A model generated the notes under the pieces. That model was not told where the DNA came from. It searched no databases and worked only from the letters and a program-made list of their open reading frames with translations. A stretch of 58,887 nt of DNA, filler included, from Jimgerdemannia flammicorona (taxonomy: Eukaryota): assembly GCA_003990765.1 (NCBI GenBank). It is 3 parts of 3 records of this genome, joined end to end, with 100 filler letters (N's around TTAATTAATTAA, not from the genome) between each part and the next. Parts side by side here need not be neighbours in the genome. Positions count along the whole stretch, not along the records: positions 1 to 19,564 come from RBNJ01001909.1; positions 19,665 to 39,227 come from RBNJ01001910.1; 1 more part is not named here. One strand, 5' to 3'. This document shows positions 10,680-22,757 of this stretch, one piece after another. The position numbers were made by a program, and so were the translations under genes. How positions within the stretch are numbered: the first letter of the stretch is position 1; the number at the start of each line of letters is the position of its first letter.

Positions 10680-12738
10680 TGTAAGCACACAACCTCCAAG
10701 CCTCCAAAATCACACATCACCCTCTGAACAAGCCACTAAAATCACAAGCAACCTCCAAACAAATCTGAAAATCATCTGCATGATCACAAAGCTGAGTCAA
10801 ACTGAAGTCACAGTACACAAAGCTAAGTCAATACAAAGTTACAGAACACAAGATTCACACAAACAGAATCTTACCAATCAGGACCAAATGCATATATATC
10901 AAGCACTGAGATGCATCAAAATAGAAAATCAAAACAAACAACAACTATAACTTCTGAACATATACAAATATGACCACCGAGATCTATAACCACATCTGTA
11001 CTGACATTTGGAATACCATTATCAACTGAGCCATACTCCCTCTACCCCTCATGAATATCCATAGTATGGCACTCCTCTACTTCGTGGAAGCCCGATGGAA
11101 TGCCCTGAATATGCTTAATGAGGTCTACCAAATCAGACAAATCTCAAGCTACTATCAGATCAGCCACCTCCTAGAAGACATAATCAAACACTACCATGAT
11201 ATGGACATTACCCAGATGTCTCAACACCAGAAGCTCATCACCTATAAATATCAAGAACTCTTCTATGAGTATAGCACTATTATTCCTCACCTCCAAGTTA
11301 CTACCAGTGAAATGGTTACTACTCTGTCCTATGGCCAAATCAATGACATGATATAAGAACTCAACTACAAGTATCTCGAGTACATTGAGACTACAGACAG
11401 AACCTTCCCACACCCCAATGACCATATCCTGCAAATGTCTCAAGTTGGATATACCATGAAGAATGTCTACAATATAATCTACTTCAATGAAGATGAAGCA
11501 GAAGACAATGATCCCTCTGATACTGACATAACCTCAAGCCAAGGATCTCTGCCAATCCTGATCACACCACCAACCCTGCCAATAAACTTACAATAGTTTA
11601 TAACCACATATGAGACTTATTGGGACAATGATCACTAGTATGAATACCAACCCATATTTACCTCTGGTTACTTCAACTATAATGAAGAAACTGGAGAACA
11701 CAACCTGTACCTTCAGACAACTCTTAAGATTGAACCAACAATGCTGCCACCCAAGTATAAGTGACATGAACCACAGCTGCCAGTTTACTATAACCCCATG
11801 ACTCATAGTGCTGTAATCTACAGAAGGTATGCAGATAGCAAATCTGATGAAAGTGAAGACAATGCACTACTTCTTTACCCACTAATACCTTATCCAGCAT
11901 ATGAGACAGATGATACTATCCTATGGGATGGTGATGAAGTTTCAATGTATTATTATCTCAGTGAATAAGAAGAAGTAATCTGCGAACCACTCTTCTTAGA
12001 TGACTACTTCATCAGAGATGATGTCATTGATGGTGATATCATTGAAGACTACCCAGATAGCATCTAAATCTATAAATAGCCTAGCAGTCATAGTATAATT
12101 AGATTAGCCTTGTACAACATGACTGTGAACTGACTCAGCAGTCAGACAATCTCTTGATATGTCAGATTACTCCTATATGACTATATTCTGACTCAGCAAG
12201 GTACTAAGTACTACATCCATATCAAGCATAGTCCAGATAGCTCCTTACTAATATAAATACCCCCTCCCCCAGACCTTAGAATCTCAGATCCAGATACCCA
12301 AGAACACTCCTGAATACTTTCCCACAATATCCCTTCACACAACTACTTCTAGTATAGCAATATCATGAATAGCAAATAAATCTATTTAATAACCTACAAA
12401 CTACTCTTAAGCAAATCCACTCTCTATTAGGTCCTACTCCTAACCCTATCACAAAATTTCCTAATTGGGTATTGTCTGCAGTGATATACCAATTCAACTA
12501 AGCTGGTCTTAGTTTCTTAAACTTCCTAAAATATGGAGAATTCTGAACATTCAGAACTAGTCTGAAAAAGAACTTTGGTTGAGATGTTAACCTAAACTTG
12601 AAATCAATAAGCATAGAGGATATACTCCATATGAAATTGATCTTGACCTTAAGAAAATGGTCTTCCAGAATATCCAGAACTTCCAGAAAACCCTTCCAGA
12701 ACTACATAATAGTTACTCTAAAAAGCAACCCTCTTATA
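10680..12738 (+). repeat. Solo LTR1 with 5-bp TSD
   Basis: TGTAAG...CTTATA (mutated CTTACA), flanked by TGCTG at 10675-10679 and 12739-12743. No PBS or PPT adjacent. Confidence 0.9.
10970..12067 (+). pseudogene. Second copy of the LTR1-encoded ORF
   Basis: Same start and stop as the 7667 copy, same frame throughout, net 9 nt longer. Confidence 0.65.
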
Positions 12739-12894
12739 TGCTGAGTTAGAATACAGTCACATAGTATAAGTATGATCTGATATATCAAGGGATTGTCTAA
12801 CTGCTGAGTCAGTTCACAGTTATGTTATATAAGGCTAATCTAACTATACTAATGACTGCTAAGCTATTTATAGATTTAGATGCTATTTGGTTAG

Positions 12895-12896
<2 letters not shown>

Positions 12897-12934
<38 letters not shown>

Positions 12935-12946
12935 TTTTTTTTTTTT

Positions 12947-12985
<39 letters not shown>

Positions 12986-14032
12986 GACTCATATCTTGCA
13001 GATTTTTATTGGAAGAGAACCTAGACTATATAGGCCAAAACTCTCTCCCACTACCCATCAAGCACTGCTCCCTCATTAATCTAGTCTAGCTATTATCTAG
13101 CAGCTCAACCATACCAGATGCAGCAAGACCTATATTGGCCTACACCTCATTCTGTACACTATGCTCTTCCTACTACCAGAGAGAACCCAGTCATATGCCA
13201 ATGACCAAAAGTATATGCCCAAGACCTCAATGTATATATAAGATTATATCTGAATCAAATAGAATAGCCCCTGCCACTCCAAAAAGAATAACAGGCAAAG
13301 AAAAACTCTCATCAAAGTATATTACAGTGGGTAGGGTCTGGTTCTTCCAGTCGAGGTGAGTAAAGAACTTACACATGAGGTAGAAGGAGACCCCCAATAC
13401 CCCACTACTCAAGCCTATAGGCCTTGATCACATTGCTATATCGGCTCTCAGTTCTAGTTGAGTGTAGCCAAGATGTCTGAAATGGGTAGCCTCAGGTCTC
13501 CCAATCTCCCCCAATGACTAGGGCTCAACCTACCAAATTATCAAAAGAAGTTAAAAGTGATACCTACCACCTAACTACTCCACACCAATCAAAAGGCCCC
13601 ACCAAAGCAGTACCTGCCCCAGCCCCAACAACTGCCCCCAGCCTGATACCCTACTGGTTTACTATTATTGCCCTTCCTCTTATCTATAATGGCCATCTCT
13701 CTTTCCATCCCAATACCACTCAAAAAGCAGTCATCTACATCAGAACCATACTTGCTGGGAAGCTTGCCAAAGCCAGAGGGCCCCACCACAGGTACTGAGA
13801 ACCTACAGATAACCTATACTGAGTACTTGATGCCTAAGGTTGGCCAACTCTCTACATAGTCCGAGATACACTAAGACAGTACCTTGTTGGCAATGGTAAA
13901 AGAAAGAAGATACTGCATCAAAATGAATATACTTCAGATATAGCCAAAGATACCAGAAACTATGAAAAAGTAGAGAAGACACTGATCTGATACTGATAAA
14001 GGGGCAACTTATCACTATTACCTTCCCCTCAC
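12897..14032 (-). mobile_element. Family B retroposon, antisense copy
   Basis: Long poly(T) at 12897-12981, then the reverse complement of ~9320-10367. 16-bp TSD TGCTAT(T/C)TGGTTAGTC at 12881-12896 and 14033-14048. Confidence 0.88.
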
Positions 14033-14844
14033 TGCTATCTGGTTAGTCTTTGATGATATCACTATTAATGACATTATCTCTGGCAAAGTTTGAGCAGTTT
14101 TCTGACTTCTGATATTATCAGTTTCAAAGGTATCATCACCTCTGTCTCTTGTAAAATTAAGGCTGTCCTTGGTGGTGGTGATTATATAAGGATAATAGGT
14201 CTTAGTTCTCTTTTTTTTTTGGACTGCTGACATATTTGCAAGGACTGATCATCCTTGTCTAGGACATGAGCTCTCAATGTTATGGCTGAGAGTTCAAATC
14301 TCTTGGAAATAATATTTTCTATAATCTAAGATAATTTCTAATAGTAATATTTATTATATAGGTGGACTTGAGATTAGTTTTAATAATGTCAGCTTTCTTG
14401 AGTTCAGATGAAGCATCTGTCATTCTCTAATAGAGGTGATACAGATAGAGTGAATAGAGTTATTTAAATGTGTTTTACTTCTACTAAGTAATGAGGTCTT
14501 TATATAGTTGTAGTATATCTTAGTCTTAAGTTGATAAGTGTAGTTCATAAACCTTTAGTAGATAAGAGAGGTTCTTTTTATCTTGGTTTGAGTTTGGTAC
14601 TTCAGTTTCCTTTTGTAATAGTATAGTATACCAAAACTAGTAGTAGGGGTATAAGATTAGTCTTATAGTTATAGTACTTTTTCTGATATTTTTGTATCTT
14701 GATAGTAGGTTCTCATACTTGCTGATATATTTTGAGTAATTAGGTGATCTCTTTAGTAACTTGTTTTGTAGTCTCACATGTGGTTTCCAAATTAGTTCTG
14801 AGAATGATATATGATTTTGGTAGCTTGGAGGTTGTATGCTTACA

Positions 14845-15792
14845 GATATTATTATTAATAATATTATCATATTTGGTAGTAGAGAGAGCAAAGAGGTCTG
14901 GGGCTCTCTAATCTATAAGATTCTCTTCTACAAAATAAGGAATAAATGTGAAGTCTTGGAGAGGTCTAACCTAGATGCTGAGGCCTTAGAATACTGAGAT
15001 CAATCCTTGTAGGAATTGATTTGAATTGTCCTAAAGGATGAGATTTCAGAACTTTTCTACTTTATCACTATTGAGGATGATAGTAGACTAAGTTTCTGTG
15101 GCCACTATGGCCTCTAGTGTATTGGTATGGTAAGCTAATAGTTCCTTGAAGTCTGAGATTCTAGTATACTCTAAGTTGGAGATTGACCAAGATATATATC
15201 TGAAGACCTGATAAATCTTTTTGACTATCTTTATTTCATATACATCTATGAGAGTAATATCTTATATTTCTTAGAAACTGACTTGAGGAAATTCCTGATA
15301 GAGGAAGTTTCCTATTTCATATTTCTACTACATCTAGAGATATTTGATAGCAATAGTGATTCTTGTTTCTATTTTATAGTAGTAGAGAATATAATAATAA
15401 AGATTATTAATATTCAGGTTAAGACTAAGAGTTCTTCTTGTATAGATCCTCATAACTCTTCTAATATCTTGGAACATCCTTTTCTGAACTGAGGGGCCTT
15501 GGTGGTTCCTAGATCTTGAGGTTTGGTAAGCAATAGATATTTGTTTGTAGTAAATCTTTTGAACTATTTTTATAAGCCTTATTTAGATTACTACTATTAT
15601 AATTTCTTGATCCTTCTTTTATATTTCTTAAGATATCTGTCTTGTGGTCACAATGACTCATAGTTGGTCATCATTGCTCATCTTGTAGCCTGGGTGAATC
15701 ATGCTGTATGATCTTCTTGTGCTCTGATCTGATGGCTTGTAAGAAAAGGCTGTCTCCTGTGATGATGTCATCATTCTGAGATCACCGTTACA
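14845..15792 (-). repeat. Partial LTR of gypsy family 2 (LTR2), antisense
   Basis: Reverse complement of ~22758-23700. Starts TGTAACGGTGATC at 15792 and is cut at 14845 by the LTR1 variant. Confidence 0.85.
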
Positions 15793-16089
15793 TTATATAA
15801 ATTGGTGGCGCATGTAGGGGGTAACAATATGAAAAGTGTGGTTTGTTCTGGAACGTTCGGAAACGCTGCAACGGTCATTCCGCCTAGTCCCGGGTCAACG
15901 TTTACAATTTCTTGTATTTCTTGTCCATGGGAAAGGTTGGAGATATTGAAGCAGAATCAAAAGAAAAGCTTGTCCATCAAGTCAAGGAACCATACAGAGC
16001 ATAGTAATTATGTAATGGCAAATTCCAATAATGCCTCGTTACTTGAGAGATCTCAACAACGCGACCCCCGAGAACCCGGGAACGCTATC

Positions 16090-19000
16090 TTATGCCGTTC
16101 TAGAACTCGTTTCGGCGAAGCTTTCGAAACCGATTGCCTGCAACATTGCTGCACGATGTTGTAGATTCTTCAGAGATGCCGCCGCCTCTTGCAATAAAGC
16201 GAGCTGATATCCTGTTAGTAATGATTTCATTTTCGAACCACCGTCATCTCTGGAATCAACATTGCGCACTGCCACATTTGCCTCAACACGTTTGCCTTTC
16301 GTCTTTTTTTGTGACTTTCGCTTATTTGACATCTGTGCCGGCTTTACACCGCCTGTGGCGTTAACATCAACTCCAACTCCGTCATACCCGATTATCCCGC
16401 CTGTCAAGCTGGAAAGCGTTTGAAGAATTAAAGTGAATAAGGCATCGGCGGCCTTCTCGGAGCGGACATAAGTAATGCCTCGACAAAGAAGATATATGGC
16501 AATGGTGAGGAAGGTGGGGGAAGAATTTGTTGAAGATGGATCAGAGGCAGACAAGCGTGTAGACCAGGGTGGAAGAGTCTAACATGTCAACAATGTTCCA
16601 CATGAATCAACAATAGTTTTAGATTTATAAAGATCAAAAATACAACGTCAACAGACAGTTCCACGATTTATATGTGTTAAACAAAATCCATACAGACCTT
16701 TAAAGCTTTAGTTATGTTGGAGACGAAATATGCCTCTTCGCCATCGTCAATTTGTGCCTGTGTCTCAGTTGATGCATATTCCAACGAGGATCGAGACGAT
16801 ACAGCCAGGAGGCGCATCGAAAAGGCGATGATGGCCGCTGTGTGCTTCTCTGTAGGATGAATGACCGCATCATGTTATTCACTGTGAAGACAGAATGTCT
16901 TTTGAATTCTAACGTCGCCACCTCCTTTTACATACCATCGAGAGATACTTGACTATCCACGCTTTCTTCACTCTCAGGTCCTTCTGCAACGACTTGGAAA
17001 ACATTGATTTCTCTCAACAAATAATTTGCAGATAGCAAATCCTTCTCAATTAACCATGACACGAGCTTGATTAGTAGGCGTTCGTACTCCTCCCCCACGC
17101 TCGATGACGATGATGGGTGAAGGACGTGGCAAAGAGCGAGTGGAAAGATCGCCTGATTGACTGTTCCTGCGATTGCTTGTGTTGCAGTAACACACTATTT
17201 ATAACGGAGATTGAAGTTTCGCAAGTTAGAATTCATTTGGCGCTTGAAGGCATTAACTACGACGCATAGAACGAAATTCAATGATCTACATAGCTTACCT
17301 CACATAATTTCGTCAACCACTCGTTCGACACACAACATGCTTCGGCAAATGAGATCCATTGGTGCATCGCCCGTGCCACGTCCGTAGTTTTTGCGCTCCA
17401 CCCGTTCCCCGATTCGCTCACAATCGATCCGTTCACGTCGCCGCAAAGCGCCGCGAGCGGCGTTGGGACTAGAACGGCGTCAACAGAGAATTTAAACCGA
17501 AGACCGCTCTCCCGGAAGAGTGATTGAAGGAGGAGTTGGACTGTCCAATCTTTAAAACGCAGGTTAAGGAGGGTGAGGCATGTGGGGACAACGGCAAGAA
17601 CAACGAAGAAACAAGAATTCCAGTCGATGGGATAGTAGATGGAGCAGCCATAGAAAGAATCACGTACCAAGGGTTCTGGATTTCTCGTACAGTTTCCTCG
17701 TCACATCTCTAGCTAACTTCTCCGTTAAGTCTATATTATGGTGCGAAGGAGATAAAGATCAACAAATATACACGAAAATATTTCTTTCAACTGTTTTCCA
17801 ACACTCAAATGAATAATCGTACCAGCATGACTCTTTTGTTCTTCCAGCCTCGTGGCATATCGCTCTGCCTCCTTTATCACCGTTTTCGCTACGAACACCA
17901 CATCCTCCCACTGTCTCATCCCGATTTTCCTGCTTTCTGCTCTCTCCTTCCTTCGATGATCCAGTAGCACCGATAACAAATGCACGAACGACAAAGGACG
18001 ACATCCGTAAAACCACGAATCGCGCGGCATTGGTAATGCTGGTGGTACATGTGTATCGTTCGAAGAAAACGGTGGCGTCGCCCACAGGGCTGTTGAAGTA
18101 GGAAAGATTTGGTGTAGAATGGCTAGCGAGATTTTGAGTGGGAAAAGACTGCAAGGGGGTGTCTGTCCGACAGGGTATTGCAAGACGGGGATGATACATT
18201 GAATGAAGTACTCTCGAATGTCGAGAAGGAGGCAAGGACGCTGACGTGAAAGGTGTACAGCGGTAGTACTGTAGTGGGCCCATTCGCCAACATCCTGGGC
18301 GGACAGGTGGAGCGAAGTGATAGTAACTGAGGATCTCTGAAAAGGACGACAAATACAGGATGTATGAATACAAAGCTCTGACATCATGCACCAAAGCATA
18401 ACGCCCGTAATCAAGTTATACAACTTCAATGTATGATTGACTCACCAACCCCATGCACTCGACCACAAACTCCACAAAGTTGCTCTTTCCGCCAGCCTCC
18501 ATCGCTTTGTCCGTATCTGGTATTTCATGAACACCTCCATTCCGCATCTCTACTAGTATATCACGCAATACCATTACAAGCAAAGCAACGCTATCGCCAG
18601 ACCGCAACCATGCGAGCTTGCCCAGGTGCCGTCGCAAAAGGCTCGCAATCATGAGGCATTGGCCCTTGTTGCGGATAGCTTCGAAACAGAGAGCACGCAG
18701 GACATGGTAAGGAGAGACGAGGGAGAGCTGGAGAAATGGTGACGACACGGAGTACGGTTAAATAATCGGAGAAATGCTCTAATAATAGGAGATCAATCAA
18801 CCATAAAATTAAATCATCCTATGCATCGACAAATACCTCACGCAATTTCTCCACAGCCACTCCCCCATCCTCCCCCATGTCCCCAACAACGTTTTCGCGC
18901 TTTTCATGACTTCGCATGTTCGTCTCGTCCTCTGCATTGGCATAATGCAAAACGTCGTCCGTTGGCACAATTGCTACAAGCTGGTTGCACGACATCATGA

Positions 19001-19511
19001 GTTGGGTGTGAAAATCGGCAGGCCAGAATGTCCAGGAACCAAAAGTAGGTTGGTGAATATCTTGAGTGTGCGAGCTATTGGTGTGATTAAAGTTGGATGG
19101 TCAATAAATAGTTTGCAATCTACTGAAAGTCATACATCGATGCTAGAATTACCGAGAATTATACAGGTAATCGCGAAGCAAAAGTCGATCGTTGGGTGTA
19201 TGGAGCAACGAGAACGTCCTCAGCAAGAGCGAACACAACATCTGCGGTTCAGTGGGCATTTCAATGGCAATAGTCGCGGTGATCAGAAAGCCAAAGACAG
19301 GATCAAAACTGCATTCCACGACCGGCAAAGATGTATGCTCAAGTCGCTACTTTCCACTCACACGTACCTTGATCACACTTGCATCCACGATCTGAGGTGT
19401 TCGATCGCTCAACATTGCCAACCTTCGTATGCTCTCAATAAAATCCTCGACGAGTCCCTCGGAAACGATTAGGGTAGAAAATTGGTCAACGGCGGTAAGG
19501 TCGCTGCGCAT
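16090..19511 (-). CDS. GEMIN4: GEMIN4-like alpha-helical protein (SMN complex component), 5'-incomplete, 10 predicted exons, ~826 aa visible
   Basis: CpG-normal island. Phase-consistent GT-AG model with exons 19511-19368, 19241-19153, 19074-18837, 18727-18446, 18336-17823, 17730-17668, 17549-17299, 17194-16936, 16849-16698 and 16578-16090. Colinear motifs recall human GEMIN4 from memory: FHTQLMMSCNQL~FQEDLNTTFNQL; LLDIREYFIQCIIPVL~LLEPDEVLKEFVLPFL; WFYGCRPLSFVHLLSVLLD~WLQTCSPFPLLFSLCQLLD; LDWTVQLLLQSLF~LDWTVGLRLKSFF; EACCVS~ECCCVS; EYERL..LIEKDLL~EWQRL..LLEKQLL. Confidence 0.72.
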
Positions 19512-19564
19512 TGAGTAGTGGTTTGCGACGACGAGATTACGAATGGAAAAAAAAAAAAAAAAAA

Positions 19565-19663
19565 NNNNNNNNNNNNNNNNNNNNNNNNNNNNNNNNNNNN
19601 NNNNNNNNTTAATTAATTAANNNNNNNNNNNNNNNNNNNNNNNNNNNNNNNNNNNNNNNNNNN
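19565..19663. other. Artificial contig linker / assembly gap
   Basis: N run containing the six-frame stop spacer TTAATTAATTAA. Confidence 0.97.
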
Positions 19664-19775
19664 NGTCATTACATATGAAGAAATAGGGTGGGGGAGGGCC
19701 TAGGGAGATTGGTTATTGGTTAAAGATACTTTAATTATATTATAGTTTGGTATTAAATGGCAAAGTTAAAGTAAC

Positions 19776-19807
<32 letters not shown>
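19664..19807 (+). mobile_element. 3' tail of LINE family A with poly(A)
   Basis: Resembles the reverse complement of 44784-44890 (ends ...AAGTAACTATAAAAA). Confidence 0.7.
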
Positions 19808-19811
<4 letters not shown>

Positions 19812-20160
19812 TTAGCATTTATTAATTTATATCTACTGTTATTTGAATTTGTATTATGAAATTATAGTTCATATATTGTATTTTCTGTCCATATTCTTAG
19901 TAATTTAGTTCATGAATATATAGAAATTTGAGGCTTAGTTTAGGACTAGCAAGTATGGTTATCTGGATAAGAAAATTGATAAACAAATAGTATTTATTAT
20001 CAAAATAGATCTGTAACTCAACTATTCTAATTTCTCAAATTATGTTCTTAATACTATTAATAGAATCTAAGTATTTATTACTATATAGATAAGATGAAAA
20101 GAAATATAAATTACTATCAATGAAGAATTGTTTTATATAAGTAAAACAGGAATAACACTA

Positions 20161-20357
20161 TTTTTTTTTTTTTTTTTTTTTTTTATAGTTTCTTGCTACC
20201 CACTACTCCAACTGTCCCCTCACTCTGCCTACAAATTTTCTCTATCAACTGACACTGCCAACCTCCCTGCAGGCTCCATCTCAACCACTAGCCCATCAAG
20301 ACATCCTCTCTCAATCCTTCTCACCTCAACAACCTCTCTCCCAGACTCAAATACCTC
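20161..20357 (-). mobile_element. Short 3' fragment of LINE family A
   Basis: Poly(T) plus TATAG, then similarity to 41335-41420 (cccactactccaac...ctctgcctaca.attttctc). Confidence 0.65.
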
Positions 20358-22468
20358 TGTAAGTATACAATCTCCAAGTTACTGAAATCATATGTCACTC
20401 TTCAAACAAGTCACCAAAATCACATACAACCTCTGAACAAATCTGAAAATCATCTGCAAGATCATGAAGCTATGTCAAACATAAGTCATAATATATAAGC
20501 TGAGTCAACTTGAAGTTCTGAAACACAAGATTTATATAAATGGACTCTTACCAATTAAGACTGAATGCATATATACTGAGCACAGAGATACATTGAAACA
20601 GAGAACTACAACAAACCAAACAAACAACTCCAACTCCTAAATATATATACAAATATGACCACCAAGATCTACAACTGCATCCATACTAACATTTGGAATA
20701 CTATTATCAATCAAGTCATATCTTCTCTACCTCTTATAAATATCTATAACTTAGCACCCCTCTACTTTATGGAAGCCCAATGGAATGCCCTGAACATACT
20801 TAGCAAGACCTACTGAATCAGACAAATCTCAAGCTACTATCAGATTGGCTGCCTACTAGAAGACATAATCAAACACCACTATAATATAAACATTACCCAG
20901 ATATCTCAACACCAGAAACTCATCACCTGTAAACACTGAGAATTCTTCTATAAGTACAGTACCTTTATTCCCTACCTCTGAGTTACTACTACTAAGATGA
21001 TTACTACTCTATCTTAAGGCCAAATTGATAATATGATATAAGAACTCAACCATAAGTATATTAAGTACATTCAGACTACAGACAGAACCTTTCTGTACCC
21101 TGATGACAATATTCTGCAAATGTCTCAAGTTGGTTATACCATAAAGGATATCTATGATATAATCTGATTTAATAATAATGAAGCAGAAGACAATGATCCC
21201 TCTGATATCAATATGACCTCAAGCTAAGAATCTATGTCAACCTTGATCACTCTGCTAACTCTGCTGATGAACTTACAATAGTTCATAACATCTATAGGAC
21301 CTATTGGAATAATGACTACTAGTATAAATCTCAGCTTATGTTCATTTCCAATTACTTCAACTATAATGAAGAAATCAGAGAACACAACCTGTATCTCCAG
21401 ACAATCCTCAAGATCAAATCAACAACTCCACTATCTGAGAATGAGCAATATAAAGCATAACTACCAGTATACTACAACCTTATAACTCATAGTGCTGTAA
21501 CTTATAAAAGATATACAGACAGCAAATTTGATAAAAGCAAAGATGATATACCTCTCCTTCATCCACCAACTCTATACCCAGCATATGAGACAGATAATGC
21601 TATCTTATGGGATAGTGATGAAGTCTCAATGTATTATTATCTTAGCAAATAGAGAGAAGTAATCTGTGAACTACTCTTCCTAGATGACTACTTTATCAGA
21701 GATGATGTTATTGATGGTGATATCATAGAAGACTACTCAGATAGTATCTAAATCTATAAATAGCTTAGTAGTCATTTGTATAGTTAGATTAGTCTTGTAT
21801 AATATGACTGTGAACTAACTCAGTAGTCAGATGATCTCTTGATATATCAGATCACACTTATACTATATGACTATATTCTGACTAAGTAAGAAACTAAGTG
21901 CTACATCTATATTCAGCATAGTCCAGATAGCCTCTCACTAGTATAAATATCCCCTTTCTAAGACCTCAGAATCTTAGACTTAAATAAACAAAAACAACTC
22001 CTGAATACTTTTCTATAATATCCCTTTACACAACTACTCTTAATATAGCAATATCATAAATGGCAAATAAATCTATTTAATAATCCACAAACCACTATTA
22101 AGTAAATCCACTCTCTATTAGAACTTACTCCTAACCTCATCACGAAATTTCCTAATTAGGGATTGTCTGCAGTAATATGCCAATTCAACTAAGCTGGTCT
22201 TAGTTACTTGAACTTTCTGAAATATGGAAATCCTGAACATCCAGAACTAGTCTGAAAAAGGACTTTGGTTGAGACATTAATCTAACTTAAAATCAATAAG
22301 CATAGAGGATATACTCTATATAAAATTATTTGGACCTAAAGAAAACAGTCTTCTAGAATATCCAGAACTTTCAGAAAACTCTTTCAGAACTATGTAATGG
22401 TTACCCTAATAAGTAACTCTCTTACAACTTAGTAGTAGCAGTTTATAATCCAATTCTGCTTTAAGACT
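20358..22468 (+). repeat. LTR1 copy (20358-22426) followed by a mutated PBS and ~40 bp of internal sequence; 5' end of a deleted element
   Basis: TGTAAG...CTTACA, then ACTTAGTAGTAGCAGTTTATAATCC, matching 1155-1180. Confidence 0.88.
20655..21751 (+). pseudogene. Third, more decayed copy of the LTR1-encoded ORF
   Basis: Same start and stop context. One nt shorter than copy 2 (one frameshift) and with many transition stops. Confidence 0.6.
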
Positions 22469-22757
22469 ACTCAAAAGGAAATTACCATACATTTGACTCA
22501 TATATCAGTATGTGGTTATTTTATAATTTTAATATTTACAGGTCTCAAGAGGAGGGGGGAGCTTCGCGAATACTGTACTCTAAGACACCTTACATTCTCT
22601 TTATGTTATTCATTCCATTTTTGCTACATTTCCACAGGATATGAAAATTATATGTACTACAGCCATAGTGGTCAACGTAATTGTCCACTGCATAAATCTC
22701 CATAGATGGAACTTGATATAGCTGGATTGCTGGTTGGTTGTTGTATACTATGAATAT

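Larger units (their letters stand above)
10627..14844 (-). repeat. Antisense LTR1-related LTR with a variant interior, split by later insertions
   Basis: The reverse complement starts TGTAAGCATACAACCTCCAAGC at 14844. Pieces 14033-14082, 12739-12896 and 10627-10679 are the reverse complement of the distal LTR1 sequence. Confidence 0.75.

Noticed and set aside
14255..14310. tRNA T-arm-like hairpin GAGAG-TTCAAAT-CTCTT (similar motif near 30692-30712, minus strand)
   Set aside because: No convincing acceptor, D or anticodon stems could be built. A tRNAscan-SE/Infernal hit would be needed.
18906..19472. 188-aa plus-strand ORF, and 15802-16164 (+)
   Set aside because: These lie antisense to exons or the 3' flank of the minus-strand spliced gene, and show no recognisable motifs.
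19565..19663. TTAATTAATTAA palindrome within N runs (also 39228-39327)
   Set aside because: Standard artificial contig spacer. Adjacency across these points is not biological evidence.
22469..22757. Short CpG-containing spacer with GT..AG-like segments between two LTRs
   Set aside because: Too short, with no coherent exon chain or recognisable product.
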